Shown: positions 9,496 to 18,447, numbered from the stretch's first letter. The stretch: DNA of 47,848 nt from Candidatus Sulfomarinibacteraceae bacterium (GCA_041552055.1 JBFELO010000020.1:1-47848); one strand, 5' to 3'. Translations and numbers: made by a program. The notes: a model not told the origin generated them from the letters alone.

Positions 9496-9891
9496 ATGCA
9501 CCTGACCCGCAACCAGTTCGAGGACATCGTCGGAGAGGCCCTTGATCGTCTTCCGGCCGATTTCGCCGAGCTCATGAGCAATATCGCAATCCAGGTGCGC
9601 GAAGCGCCCGATGCGGAGACTCTGCGCGACCTCGATCTCGACCCTGCGCGCGACACCCTGTACGGCCTCTACACCGGCGTGCCGCTCGACCGGCGCGGCG
9701 GCTGGTACGGCAATGTGCTGCCGGACATGATCGTGCTGTATCGACGACCGCTGCTGAGGAGCAGCAGCAGTCGCCGCGGGTTGATCCGCCAGATCCAGCT
9801 CACCCTGCTGCACGAGGTCGGGCATCACCTCGGGTTCTCGGACGCCGAAATGGACGGTTGGGAGAGCGAGTTCGAGGGGCTGCAGGAGTAG
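9496..9891 (+). CDS. HExxH zinc metallopeptidase-family protein (DUF1025-like)
   Basis: …LTLLHEVGHHLGFSD… HEVGHH zincin motif in a small ~130 aa protein. Confidence 0.65.
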   Translation: MHLTRNQFEDIVGEALDRLPADFAELMSNIAIQVREAPDAETLRDLDLDPARDTLYGLYTGVPLDRRGGWYGNVLPDMIVLYRRPLLRSSSSRRGLIRQIQLTLLHEVGHHLGFSDAEMDGWESEFEGLQE

Positions 9892-9943
9892 CCCTCAGCC
9901 TGCCTACGCGCATAACCCAGGTGCCCTCCAATCGAAGAAACAG

Positions 9944-10852
9944 GTGTCGCCCGCACTGCTCGCCGGCTTCTCGCTGCGGCCGCCCGGCGCGTGCTCTCCG
10001 CCTTCGTCTTCCAGAGATCAGGTATCCTGGGACGCGGTGAGTCAGCCAAACGGGGATCTACATCCGATCGAAGCCTCCCACCTCCACGCTCGGCGGGAGC
10101 GCGTGTTCCTGGTGTTCGCGGGTGTCTTCCTCGGCACGCTCGCGATGCTCAACATCCTCGGTATCAGCCGCTTCATCAAGCTCTACGAATTCACCACCGG
10201 CGGTGGAACGACGCTCACGTTCGCGATCGCGGTCGGGGTGCTGCCGTACCCGATCACATTCCTGTGCACCGACTTCATCAGCGAGTTCTACGGTCGCAGG
10301 CGCGCCAACCTCGTCGTGCTTGTCGGCCTTCTGCTGAACATCTGGGTGGTCTTCGTAATGTGGTTGGGCGGCGTGCTGCCGGGGTTCGAGGCTGTGGATC
10401 CGACGACCGGCGAAATCGTCCGCGACGTCGCCGGACGGTTGCCGGTGTTCTTCGAGGTGCGAGCGCTCACCTTCGGCGCGGTTTCGGCGTCGATGATCGC
10501 GTACCTCGCGGCCCAGTTCTGCGACGTGTACGTGTTCCACTTCTGGAAGCGGGTCACCAGGGGCCGCATGCTGTGGGTGCGCAACAACGGTTCCACCATG
10601 GTCAGCCAGCTCGTCGACACGACCGCGGTCATCCTCATCACCCACTACTACGCACACGCGCTGCCGGTGGACCCGAATTGGTCGGTCGGGCCTCAGCTAC
10701 TCCTGTTCATCGTGACCGGCTATACGTTCAAGTTCGCCGTGGCCGCCGTCGACACGGTGCCGTTCTACATCGGGGTGCGATATCTCAGCAGGTACCTCAG
10801 GCTCAATCCGATCCAGGAGCACTCCGGTCTCGAGATCGGCGAGCCGGAGTGA
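9944..10852 (+). CDS. yhhQ: queuosine-precursor transporter YhhQ / VUT (DUF165) family
   Basis: …LPYPITFLCTDFISEFYGRRRANLVVLVGLL… and several transmembrane helices match the DUF165/YhhQ family. GTG start is uncertain. Confidence 0.6.
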   Translation: MSPALLAGFSLRPPGACSPPSSSRDQVSWDAVSQPNGDLHPIEASHLHARRERVFLVFAGVFLGTLAMLNILGISRFIKLYEFTTGGGTTLTFAIAVGVLPYPITFLCTDFISEFYGRRRANLVVLVGLLLNIWVVFVMWLGGVLPGFEAVDPTTGEIVRDVAGRLPVFFEVRALTFGAVSASMIAYLAAQFCDVYVFHFWKRVTRGRMLWVRNNGSTMVSQLVDTTAVILITHYYAHALPVDPNWSVGPQLLLFIVTGYTFKFAVAAVDTVPFYIGVRYLSRYLRLNPIQEHSGLEIGEPE

Positions 10853-10972
10853 ACGACAGAGTGTTCAGTGTTCAGAACGCACCGTCACGTGGGAGAGGGC
10901 CGCGCGGAACTCTGAACTCTGAGCAGTGATATTATCCCGCGGCTCGCTCGCCTCACTCACACGGAGGAATCA

Positions 10973-11527
10973 ATGAAAAACGTCGTCCTTGCTGGCATCA
11001 CGTTTTTGCTCATCGGGCTACCCGCGATGGCCCAGGAGATTCACATCGACTATGACCGGTGGGCGCGCTTCACGACGTTCAAGACCTTCGCCTGGCACCC
11101 CACCGAGGAGACCTCGCTGGTCGAAGTCTCTGACCTGATGCACGAGCGCATCAAGAACGCGATCATCACCCAGCTCTCCAGCGGCCGGCTGACGCAGGTC
11201 GAGGAGGATCCGGATCTGTACGTTACCTACCACGCCAGCGCACGGGAAGCCATGCGGCTCGACACGGCCTACTGGGGCTACGGATTCCCGAGCAGCTGGT
11301 ACTGGGACCCGTACTGGGGCGGCATGGGAATGACGACCACCACTGCGAGCACCTACACGGAGGGAATCCTGATCGTCGACATCTGGGATGCTCGGGAGGA
11401 AACCCTGGTGTGGCGCGGATCCGCCATCGCCACGGTGTCCGCCAATCCCGAGAAGAACGCCAAGAAGATCGACAAGGCGGTCAAGAAGCTGGCCAAGAAG
11501 TGGGAGAAGATGAAGCCCGGGTTCTAG
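10973..11527 (+). CDS. secreted DUF4136-like protein
   Basis: Signal peptide MKNVVLAGITFLLIGLPAMAQE. The mature domain has a lysine-rich C-terminus. Local GC content is lower than in neighbouring genes. Confidence 0.5.
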   Translation: MKNVVLAGITFLLIGLPAMAQEIHIDYDRWARFTTFKTFAWHPTEETSLVEVSDLMHERIKNAIITQLSSGRLTQVEEDPDLYVTYHASAREAMRLDTAYWGYGFPSSWYWDPYWGGMGMTTTTASTYTEGILIVDIWDAREETLVWRGSAIATVSANPEKNAKKIDKAVKKLAKKWEKMKPGF

Positions 11528-11569
11528 CCCGCGTCCTGCTGATGCCCTTGAGTCAGCTTGGCCTTCCTG

Positions 11570-11729
11570 ACATGCCCCTTCCCGTCCCCATTCCCGTTCC
11601 CGGAAGAATTGGGTCTCGGTCGACCGATCCATGTGGCTGCAACAGGGAGACTTCTGCAACTTCTCGGGGCGCCGTTCGCGTACGGGGCCGGGTTGCACCT
11701 GAGTCGTGGGGATGGGCATGATGTGGGCT
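11570..11729. repeat. Possible hexamer-array inverted element F (CCCGTN units) between convergent genes
   Basis: CATGCCCCTTCCCGTCCCCATTCCCGTTCCCGG … GTCGTGGGGATGGGCATGATGTGGGC. The arms are less symmetric than in elements A-C. Confidence 0.2.
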
Positions 11730-11737
11730 AGCCCGCA

Positions 11738-12505
11738 TCAGAACCGGTACACGCCCGACACCACGGCCGCATGGAACCAGGCGAAGTTGTACACCTCGTC
11801 GGTGTCGGCGCCACCCTCCAAGGTGCGGTAGCCTGCGCGCACCGACCAGCGTTCGCTCACGTCGTAACCGAGCTTGACGGCGAGGTCCTCCGCCCGACCC
11901 GGTCCACCCGCCAGCGCATCGAGATCGAGTACCAGATGCCAGCGGGCGGCGAACCGCCAGTGGGCGGCCAGGTGGAGCAGCGGCACGAAACCGACATCAC
12001 TGTCTCTGGCTGACGCCCCGCCCTGTCGAAGCTCGATCTTGGCATCCCGGATCTTCGCCGTGAAGCCGACCCACCACGTCCAACGACTGCCCTGGTGGAA
12101 CGTGTATCGATAGGAGAGGCGCCACGAGTTGAACTGGTACGTCGCTTCAGTCGGCACGCCGGACTCGAAGGACTCGCCGACGAAATCGACCGGTTCGGCG
12201 AGTACTCCCGTTTCGCTGTAGGAGAGCGGTGCCAGCAAGGCGCGAAGCCCATGGCGTCGCTTGATGTTCCAGGTGACGTACAGACGTCCGCTCGCCCACG
12301 GGCCGTTGCCGGCCAGATCGACCAGCGAGAACCGGGTGCCGTCCTCGTCGTTCGGGATCTGGACATCGTTGCGGCTCTGCCACACGGGGCCCGCTTCGAG
12401 CTCTACGGCAAAGTCCGACTCACCCTGTGCCGCCACGATGGTGGGGCCGGCCGCCACCAGGACCGCCGCCACAACCATGCTCGAAGCCAGAAGCCTGGCC
12501 TGCAT
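11738..12505 (-). CDS. outer-membrane beta-barrel protein
   Basis: Signal peptide MQARLLASSMVVAAVLVAAG. Alternating amphipathic strands throughout. C-terminal …VSGVYRF with terminal Phe, which is the outer-membrane-protein signature. Confidence 0.65.
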   Translation of the reverse strand: MQARLLASSMVVAAVLVAAGPTIVAAQGESDFAVELEAGPVWQSRNDVQIPNDEDGTRFSLVDLAGNGPWASGRLYVTWNIKRRHGLRALLAPLSYSETGVLAEPVDFVGESFESGVPTEATYQFNSWRLSYRYTFHQGSRWTWWVGFTAKIRDAKIELRQGGASARDSDVGFVPLLHLAAHWRFAARWHLVLDLDALAGGPGRAEDLAVKLGYDVSERWSVRAGYRTLEGGADTDEVYNFAWFHAAVVSGVYRF

Positions 12506-12563
12506 TTTCAGGCCTCCTTGTGATAACGCACCGCGGCGGGACATGGACCGGACCGTCGGCGCA

Positions 12564-13103
12564 TCACGGGTGCTCCGGCCGTGCCGGTTGGAGGGTTCGA
12601 TTCAGCGTATCTGGAGTATACCCCTTGGCCCGCAGACCACTGACGATGTCGCGATACTGCCCGTCGTCCATCGTCGGCGTACGGCTCAGGATCCAGAGGT
12701 ACTTTCGAGTCGGCACACCAACTACCGCCCAGCGATACTCGGGATCGAGGTCGATGATCCAGTAGTCGCCCCAGAACGGCCCAAAAAACGAAACCTTGAG
12801 CTTGGAGTTGGTCGTCTGATCCACGACCTTCGCTCGTCCGGTCGATCGTTTGAGGGGGCCATCGAGCGAGCCCTTCCTGCAGCTGTTGACGACACGGATC
12901 AGGCCGTCATCCCGGAGACTGTACTCCGCCGTCACCGCGGTGCAGTTCTTCTGAAACCAGGCGGGATAGCTGGCAATCTCGTACCAGGTTCCGAGGTAGC
13001 GGTCGAGGTCGACATGCTCCACCGCCTCGAGAGCCGGCTGGGTTGCCCATCCACTGCTCACCGTCATCGCGGCCACTATACCAATCACAATCGAGCGCAT
13101 CAT
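12564..13103 (-). CDS. blc: bacterial lipocalin
   Basis: YLGTWYEIASYP lipocalin SCR1 motif. Signal peptide is present. ~180 aa. Confidence 0.8.
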   Translation of the reverse strand: MMRSIVIGIVAAMTVSSGWATQPALEAVEHVDLDRYLGTWYEIASYPAWFQKNCTAVTAEYSLRDDGLIRVVNSCRKGSLDGPLKRSTGRAKVVDQTTNSKLKVSFFGPFWGDYWIIDLDPEYRWAVVGVPTRKYLWILSRTPTMDDGQYRDIVSGLRAKGYTPDTLNRTLQPARPEHP

Positions 13104-13239
13104 GACGCCTCCTCGCGGATCCCCGGCGCTTGGAATCTCGAGCGCGCACGTCCCGCTGTGACAACACAGCCGGTCGGATGAGGTTTCCCGACCGCCTCGG
13201 GAGGATCCTCGAAACCCGAACGCCCGCCTGGCGAATCGC

Positions 13240-14904
13240 CTACCGGGTCGCGCTGTCGTAGTCGGCCGCGATCGGAAAGCGCCGTCCGATCCCGAACGCC
13301 TTGGAGGTGATCTTGATACCCGGCGCTGCCTGACGACGCTTGTACTCGGTTCGGTTGATCAGGGCGACCACGTGTACGACCACGTCGTGATCGAGTCCCT
13401 CGGCCACCATCTCCTCCACTGACCGGCCGTGCTCCACGTAATCCTCGATGATCCGGTCGATCACCTCGTACGGCGGCAGCGAGTCCTGGTCGAGCTGATC
13501 GGGCCTGAGCTCGGCCGACGGCGGCTTGTCGACGATGCTCTGCGGGATCAGCTCTCGGTCCGCGTTCAGGAAGCGCGCGAGTCGATAGACCAGCGTCTTC
13601 GGCACATCGCTGATGACCGCCATGCCGCCGCACATGTCACCGTACAAGGTGGCATACCCGACCGCCTGCTCCGACTTGTTGCCAGTCGCGAGCAGCATCC
13701 GGCCGAATTTGTTCGACAGCGCCATCAGCACGGCACCCCTGATGCGCGCCTGGATGTTCTCCTCGGTGACGTCTGGTTCCTTTCCCTCGAAGGTCGGTTG
13801 CAGGACGTCGAGGTAGGACTGAAAGATGTCGTCGATCGGGATCACCCGATAGTCGATGCCGAGGTTGCCCGCAAGCTCCCTGGCGTCTGAAAGGCTGTGC
13901 TCGGATGAGTAGCGCGTCGGCAGGGCCACGCCGAGCACGTTGCCCCCGCCGATCGCCCGCGCCGCGATGGCGGCGGTTAGCGCGGAGTCTATTCCGCCCG
14001 AAAGACCCAGCACCACCTGGTTGAACCCGCACTTGGCAAGGTAGTCGCGCAGACCGAGCTCGAGCGCGCGGAGCGCCTCCTCCTCCTCGCATCGGGCCAC
14101 CTCGCGAAGTTCGCCCGCGACCTCCCCGGCGCCGTCGATCGGGACCTCACACACCAGGAGGTCCTCGGCAAAATCACGCGCCCTCACCACCACGTTGCCG
14201 CTCGGATCGACGACGATCGAGTGCCCGTCAAAAACCAGCTCGTCGTTGCCACCCACCTGATTGGCGTAGACGAAGAAACGGCCCGACTGTGCCGCGTAGC
14301 GACGCACGAGATCCCGGCGCTGGGCCGCCTTGCCCAGTGAGAAAGGGCTCGCCGACACGTTGATCAGGATGTCGGCATCCCGGTCCACGAGCTCCATCAC
14401 CGGATCCCGGTGGTAGATGCTGCGGCCATCGAGATCGGGATCGGACCAGACGTCCTCGCACACGGAAACCCCGAGGCGCACCCCGTGGAAGTGCAGGACG
14501 CGGACCTCGCCGCCGGGCTCGAAGTAGCGCGCCTCGTCGAACACGTCGTAGGTTGGCAGCAGGCATTTGTGGTACCGATCGACCACACGCCCACCGACGC
14601 ACAGGGCAGCCGCGTTGCGCAGCGGCTTGCCGCTGCCCGATTGGTTTTGATCGACGAATCCGACGAGAATCCCGAGGCCGTCATCCGACAGCGCGGCGAT
14701 GCGATCCAGCTGGCTTCGGCTGCGGTCGAGGAAATCGGTCCGCTCGAGCAGATCGCCCGGCGGATACCCGGTGGTCGCCAGCTCGGAGAACACGACCAGT
14801 TCAGCCGACCGGCGGCGCGACTCCAGCACAGCGGTGCGCATTGCCTCGAAGTTCGCGTCGAACGCGCCGGTGGTGTAGTCGAGTTGTGCAATCGCGATGC
14901 GCAC
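13240..14904 (-). CDS. nadE: glutamine-dependent NAD+ synthetase
   Basis: N-terminal CN-hydrolase domain (IAIAQLDYTTG…ELVVFSE…) plus C-terminal synthetase domain with GLSGGIDSALTAAIA PP-loop. Likely GTG start at 14904 (GGAAGGAG with a 6 nt spacer). The six-frame ORF extends to 14958. Confidence 0.85.
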   Translation of the reverse strand: MRIAIAQLDYTTGAFDANFEAMRTAVLESRRRSAELVVFSELATTGYPPGDLLERTDFLDRSRSQLDRIAALSDDGLGILVGFVDQNQSGSGKPLRNAAALCVGGRVVDRYHKCLLPTYDVFDEARYFEPGGEVRVLHFHGVRLGVSVCEDVWSDPDLDGRSIYHRDPVMELVDRDADILINVSASPFSLGKAAQRRDLVRRYAAQSGRFFVYANQVGGNDELVFDGHSIVVDPSGNVVVRARDFAEDLLVCEVPIDGAGEVAGELREVARCEEEEALRALELGLRDYLAKCGFNQVVLGLSGGIDSALTAAIAARAIGGGNVLGVALPTRYSSEHSLSDARELAGNLGIDYRVIPIDDIFQSYLDVLQPTFEGKEPDVTEENIQARIRGAVLMALSNKFGRMLLATGNKSEQAVGYATLYGDMCGGMAVISDVPKTLVYRLARFLNADRELIPQSIVDKPPSAELRPDQLDQDSLPPYEVIDRIIEDYVEHGRSVEEMVAEGLDHDVVVHVVALINRTEYKRRQAAPGIKITSKAFGIGRRFPIAADYDSATR

Positions 14905-14933
14905 GGCCACTCCTTCCGCAGTGGGGAGTGTAT

Positions 14934-14991
14934 CGTCGTTCTTCGTCTTCGTCTCCATCTTCGTCTTCGTCTACGTCTGCGCCGTCTTCGT
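14934..14991. repeat. (TCTTCG/CGTCTT)n hexamer array; reads (GACGAA)n on the nadE coding strand, in the nadE 5' region
   Basis: tcgtcgttcttcgtcttcgtctccatcttcgtcttcgtctacgtctgcgccgtcttcgtg. Confidence 0.45.
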
Positions 14992-15106
14992 GACCGCTCA
15001 CGTCCTCATCCACGGCATGGCTCCCCCTCCAAGAACCAGCCATCGTAACCGTGTAGACTATGTCCCCAGACTTTTCTGTAAACCATGTACCCGGAAAGTA
15101 CCCTGC

Positions 15107-15136
15107 GTACTGCCTACTGCTTACTGCTCACTGCTC
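15107..15136. repeat. (TACTGC)x4-5 hexamer array
   Basis: gtactgcctactgcttactgctcactgctc. Confidence 0.4.
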
Positions 15137-15149
15137 TCAAAGCCCTCCT

Positions 15150-15187
15150 GAAAAAAAACGACCCTGCCGGTGGCGCCCGACAGGGTG
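15150..15187 (-). terminator. Rho-independent terminator oriented for the minus strand
   Basis: Minus strand reads ACCCTGTCGGGCGCCACCGGCAGGGT followed by CGTTTTTTTT. This is a perfect 6-bp stem extendable to ~9 bp plus a U8 tract. No annotated minus-strand gene lies upstream of it. Confidence 0.55.
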
Positions 15188-15431
15188 TTCTGGAAGGAGG
15201 TGAGCCGATGCGCGATTTCGCTTCGTCTCGACTGTTAATACGTTTTCGGAACACCAGCCGTTGAGTCCGTTCGCTGCGGGTCGAGCCCACCCACCTCACG
15301 TTCGGGCGGGCGATCTCTCGGCACCTGGAAGGTCGGCTGCATCAGGACCGGAATACGGTTCCCGATGTACCTGATCGGCCCGTGGCGAGAAGTCGTACAA
15401 TAGGGCCCAACCGTCCCGCAGGAGATCCGTG

Positions 15432-16253
15432 ATGCTGATTTCCGTCGGCTCTGTGCTGCTGTCTCTGGCGCTCCAGGCTGCCGAACCCGCACCGGTTCCC
15501 CCACACGGTCTGCCGTTGACCGGCGTGGAGGCGGAGGAGTTCCTGCGCACCGCCGAAATCCTGGAACTCAGGCAATTCGACACGCGCGGCGTCACCAGGC
15601 CGCGCCGAGCCGTGCTGTCGAACGGCACCCGAGAATTGCGGGCGGTGTTCAAGAATGTCGACGAGTCGAAACCCAAGAAGGTCTTCGCCGACGGCGAGGT
15701 GATCTTCATGTTTCGGGATTCCTACCGCCACGAGATCGCGGCCTATGAGCTCGACAAGCTGCTCGGGCTCGGCATGGTCCCGCCCTGCGTCCGGCGTCGC
15801 ATCGGTGCCGACGTCGGCGCGCTCTGTCTCTGGGTCGAGGGCGCCATGACCGAGTGGGAACGAAAGATAGAGCATGATCTCCCGCCGCCGGAGCTCGAGA
15901 CGTGGAACAAACAGATGCACACCCTGCGTCTGTTTCTCCAGCTGATCTACGACCTGGACTACAAGAACATCTCCAACGTGCTGGTGGATCCCGACTTCAA
16001 GATCTACAAGATCGACTCGTCGCGCGCGTTCCGTAACGACTTCGAGCTGCGCAAACCTGCGTCGCTCACGCACTTCTCCAGATCGGTTCTCGACGCCCTC
16101 CGGAGGCTCGACCACGATGACGTCGAGACACACCTCGGCGCGTGGCTGAGCACGGCACAGATCAACGGACTCATGGTGCGGCGCGATCTGATCCTGGAGC
16201 TGGCCGCCGCACGGGTCGCCGAACGGGGCGAGACGGAGGTGCTCTACCGATGA
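15432..16253 (+). CDS. secreted protein with protein-kinase-like motif pattern, paralog 1
   Basis: Signal peptide MLISVGSVLLSLALQA. Motifs RAVFK (VAIK-like Lys), HEIAAYELDKLLGL (alphaC Glu), DLDYKNISNVLVD (D-x-K-…-N catalytic-loop-like) and KIYKIDSSRAF (DFG-like). TACAAT -10 at 15394. AGGAG Shine-Dalgarno. Confidence 0.6.
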   Translation: MLISVGSVLLSLALQAAEPAPVPPHGLPLTGVEAEEFLRTAEILELRQFDTRGVTRPRRAVLSNGTRELRAVFKNVDESKPKKVFADGEVIFMFRDSYRHEIAAYELDKLLGLGMVPPCVRRRIGADVGALCLWVEGAMTEWERKIEHDLPPPELETWNKQMHTLRLFLQLIYDLDYKNISNVLVDPDFKIYKIDSSRAFRNDFELRKPASLTHFSRSVLDALRRLDHDDVETHLGAWLSTAQINGLMVRRDLILELAAARVAERGETEVLYR

Positions 16254-17182
16254 GTGCGCCGCCGCTTTTCGTTCCGCAACCGACACGAATAACGGGCGGG
16301 GAGGACCGAGAGGTGCCTCCCTCGGGCCCCCACGCCGGTCGGACCGCTACGCGGTTGACCGCCGCCGTGGCGACCGTGCTGGTGCTCGTAACCTTCCTCA
16401 CGGCTCGCAGCGCCGCGGCAGAAGAGCCCGGCGACGCCCTACCGCTGACGGGCGACGCGGCCGAGAACTTCCTGGCAACGGCCAAGGTGCTGGAGCTGAA
16501 ATCGTTCAAGACCAAGGGCGTGACCATGCCGCGCAAGGCCACCCTGTCCGACGGGGAGCGCACGCTGGACGCGCTGTTCAAGGACATCGACAGGTACAGC
16601 CCCAAGGAGACGCTCGCCGGCGGTCAGCTGGTGCTGCGGTTCCGCGACTCGTATCGACACGAGATCGCCGCCTACGAGCTGGACAAGCTGCTCGGCCTGG
16701 AGATCGTTCCGCCCTGCGTCAAACGTCGCATAGGTGGCGGCGCCGGGGCCCTCTGCCTGTGGGTCCAGGGCACCATGACCGAGTGGGAGCGGCTCGCCCA
16801 GCCCGAAATCACACCTCCCGACACAGAGGGCTGGAACAGGCAGATGATGACCATCCGGCTGTTCCTCCAGCTGATCGACGACATCGACTACAAGAACGCG
16901 TCGAACCTGCTGATCGACGAGCGATTCAAGATCTACAAGATCGACTCTTCGCGTGCCTTTCGTACCGATCGCGAGCTGCGGGACCCTGCCGAACTCACGC
17001 GGTTTTCCCGTGCGGTGCTCGACGCCCTCGGATCCCTGACGTTGAGTGACGCACAGGCGTCGCTCAAGCCCTGGTTGACCAAGGCGCAAATCAAGGGGCT
17101 GCTGGCGCGGCGCGATCTCATCCTCGAGCTGGCCGAGGCACGGGTCGCCGCACTGGGCGAGGACGAGGTGCTGTACCCCTGA
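16250..17182 (+). CDS. secreted protein with protein-kinase-like motif pattern, paralog 2
   Basis: ~55% identical to paralog 1 with the same motif set (ALFK, HEIAAYELDKLLGL, DIDYKNASNLLID, KIYKIDSSRAF). ATG overlaps the stop of paralog 1 (ATGA). A hydrophobic signal-anchor is present. Confidence 0.6.
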   Translation: MSAPPLFVPQPTRITGGEDREVPPSGPHAGRTATRLTAAVATVLVLVTFLTARSAAAEEPGDALPLTGDAAENFLATAKVLELKSFKTKGVTMPRKATLSDGERTLDALFKDIDRYSPKETLAGGQLVLRFRDSYRHEIAAYELDKLLGLEIVPPCVKRRIGGGAGALCLWVQGTMTEWERLAQPEITPPDTEGWNRQMMTIRLFLQLIDDIDYKNASNLLIDERFKIYKIDSSRAFRTDRELRDPAELTRFSRAVLDALGSLTLSDAQASLKPWLTKAQIKGLLARRDLILELAEARVAALGEDEVLYP

Positions 17183-17195
17183 GCCTCTAGATTTC

Positions 17196-17888
17196 CTAGT
17201 CCCTGCTCCCCCCGAGCAGACCGGCGCGAAACAGGAAGTACAGCAGCGTCATGAGGGTCGAAACGACCGCTGCCACGTAGGTCAACGCTGCCGCGTTCAG
17301 CACCTTGTCCACGCCCAGCCGTTCCTGGGCGGAGACGATCCCGTACTCCCCGACCAGGGCCTTGGCGCGCGCCGACGCGTCAAACTCCACCGGCAGGGTG
17401 ACGATCTGGAACAGCAGCACCGCCGAGAACAGCAGCGCTCCACCGAGCACCATGTTCGTCGAGCTCATGAAAAGGCCGATGAGCATCACCATGTAGCCGA
17501 GGGACGAGCCGATCTTGGCAGTCGGCACCAAGGCCGACCGTAGCCCCAGCCACCGGTAGCTGTGGGCGTGCTGGATGGCGTGTCCCGCCTCGTGGCAGGC
17601 CACACCGATGGCGGCGATCGATCGCGAGCCGTAAACACCCTCCGAGAGGTTGAGAGACTTGTTGGCCGGGTTGTAGTGGTCGGTGAGCAGGCCCCGGGTC
17701 GGTCTGACGGCGACATCGCCGATCCCGGCTCCGTCCAGCAGTCGCTGCGCCGCCTGCGCTCCGCTCAGTCCCGACGCCGCCGGCACTCGCGAGTACTTCT
17801 TGAAGCTGGATTTGGTCTTCGCGCTCGCCCACAGCGAGAGCAGCAGTGCCGGCGCGATGAACAGCAGGTACATGGGATCGAAGATCAT
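17196..17888 (-). CDS. membrane zinc metallopeptidase (YugP/zinc-metallopeptidase family)
   Basis: …GVACHEAGHAIQHAHSY… HExxH with flanking transmembrane helices. 230 aa. Confidence 0.75.
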   Translation of the reverse strand: MIFDPMYLLFIAPALLLSLWASAKTKSSFKKYSRVPAASGLSGAQAAQRLLDGAGIGDVAVRPTRGLLTDHYNPANKSLNLSEGVYGSRSIAAIGVACHEAGHAIQHAHSYRWLGLRSALVPTAKIGSSLGYMVMLIGLFMSSTNMVLGGALLFSAVLLFQIVTLPVEFDASARAKALVGEYGIVSAQERLGVDKVLNAAALTYVAAVVSTLMTLLYFLFRAGLLGGSRD

Positions 17889-17996
17889 GGGTTAATTCCT
17901 CCGCATGGATGCGGCGGCACGACCTGCCGCCCGTGTCTCTTGTCACAACGCAAGAATACGCCCGATTGTTCTCGCCTGCCGTTCGCCCGTTCACCC

Positions 17997-18029
17997 TTGA
18001 CATTCGGAGCAAAAGAATGTATTAATACA
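17997..18029 (+). promoter_or_regulatory. gntR promoter: -35 TTGACA (17997-18002), 17 nt spacer, -10 TATTAA (18020-18025), overlapped by perfect palindrome TGTATTAATACA (18018-18029)
   Basis: Seen in sequence. The palindrome fits the GntR-family operator pattern (GT-N-AC core). Confidence 0.5.
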
Positions 18030-18069
18030 CTATGACAATAGTAAACTAGAACAATCGGCGGAGGAGCTG

Positions 18070-18447
18070 GTGGCCATAGAACTCAAACTCGACCTCAAGA
18101 GCGGCGTTCCCTTCTACCGCCAGATCATAGACCAGATCAAGAGCGCCATCGCGACCGGCGCGGTGGAGCCCGGTGACCGGCTGCCGACGGTGCGGCAGCT
18201 CGCCGTCGACCTGTCCATCAACCCCAACACCGTGAGTCGAGCCTACACCGAGCTCGAGCTCACGGGCCTGGTCGAAACCCAGATGGGCTCCGGCACGTTT
18301 GTCGGACAGCGCGGCGTGGAGCGCAACGACGTGGAGCGTCGTCGGTTACTCGACCAGCTGTGTCAGGAGTTCCTGTCCAAGGCCTCCACGCACGGTTTCA
18401 AGCTCGACGAGATCCTCGAAAACCTCGGTCAGCGCAAACGTCGCTGA
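18070..18447 (+). CDS. GntR-family transcriptional regulator (short YtrA-like subtype)
   Basis: …LPTVRQLAVDLSINPNTVSRAYTELELTGLVETQMGSGTFV… is a GntR winged HTH. 125 aa. Confidence 0.8.
   Translation: MAIELKLDLKSGVPFYRQIIDQIKSAIATGAVEPGDRLPTVRQLAVDLSINPNTVSRAYTELELTGLVETQMGSGTFVGQRGVERNDVERRRLLDQLCQEFLSKASTHGFKLDEILENLGQRKRR

Noticed and set aside
7504-9828. 774-aa extended version of the nupC ORF
   Set aside because: The N-terminal 233 aa are non-transporter, low-complexity read-through. A canonical ATG with GGAGG at 9129 begins the transporter proper.
9892-9943. preQ1 riboswitch upstream of the yhhQ-type transporter
   Set aside because: Only 52 nt are available. The sequence does not match my memory of the preQ1-I aptamer (no UUC…AGC loop or A-rich tail). 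Not claimed.
15342-16286. 314-aa minus-strand ORF
   Set aside because: Antisense to the first kinase-like paralog, which has a signal peptide, conserved motifs and a paralog. Arg/Asp-rich junk translation.
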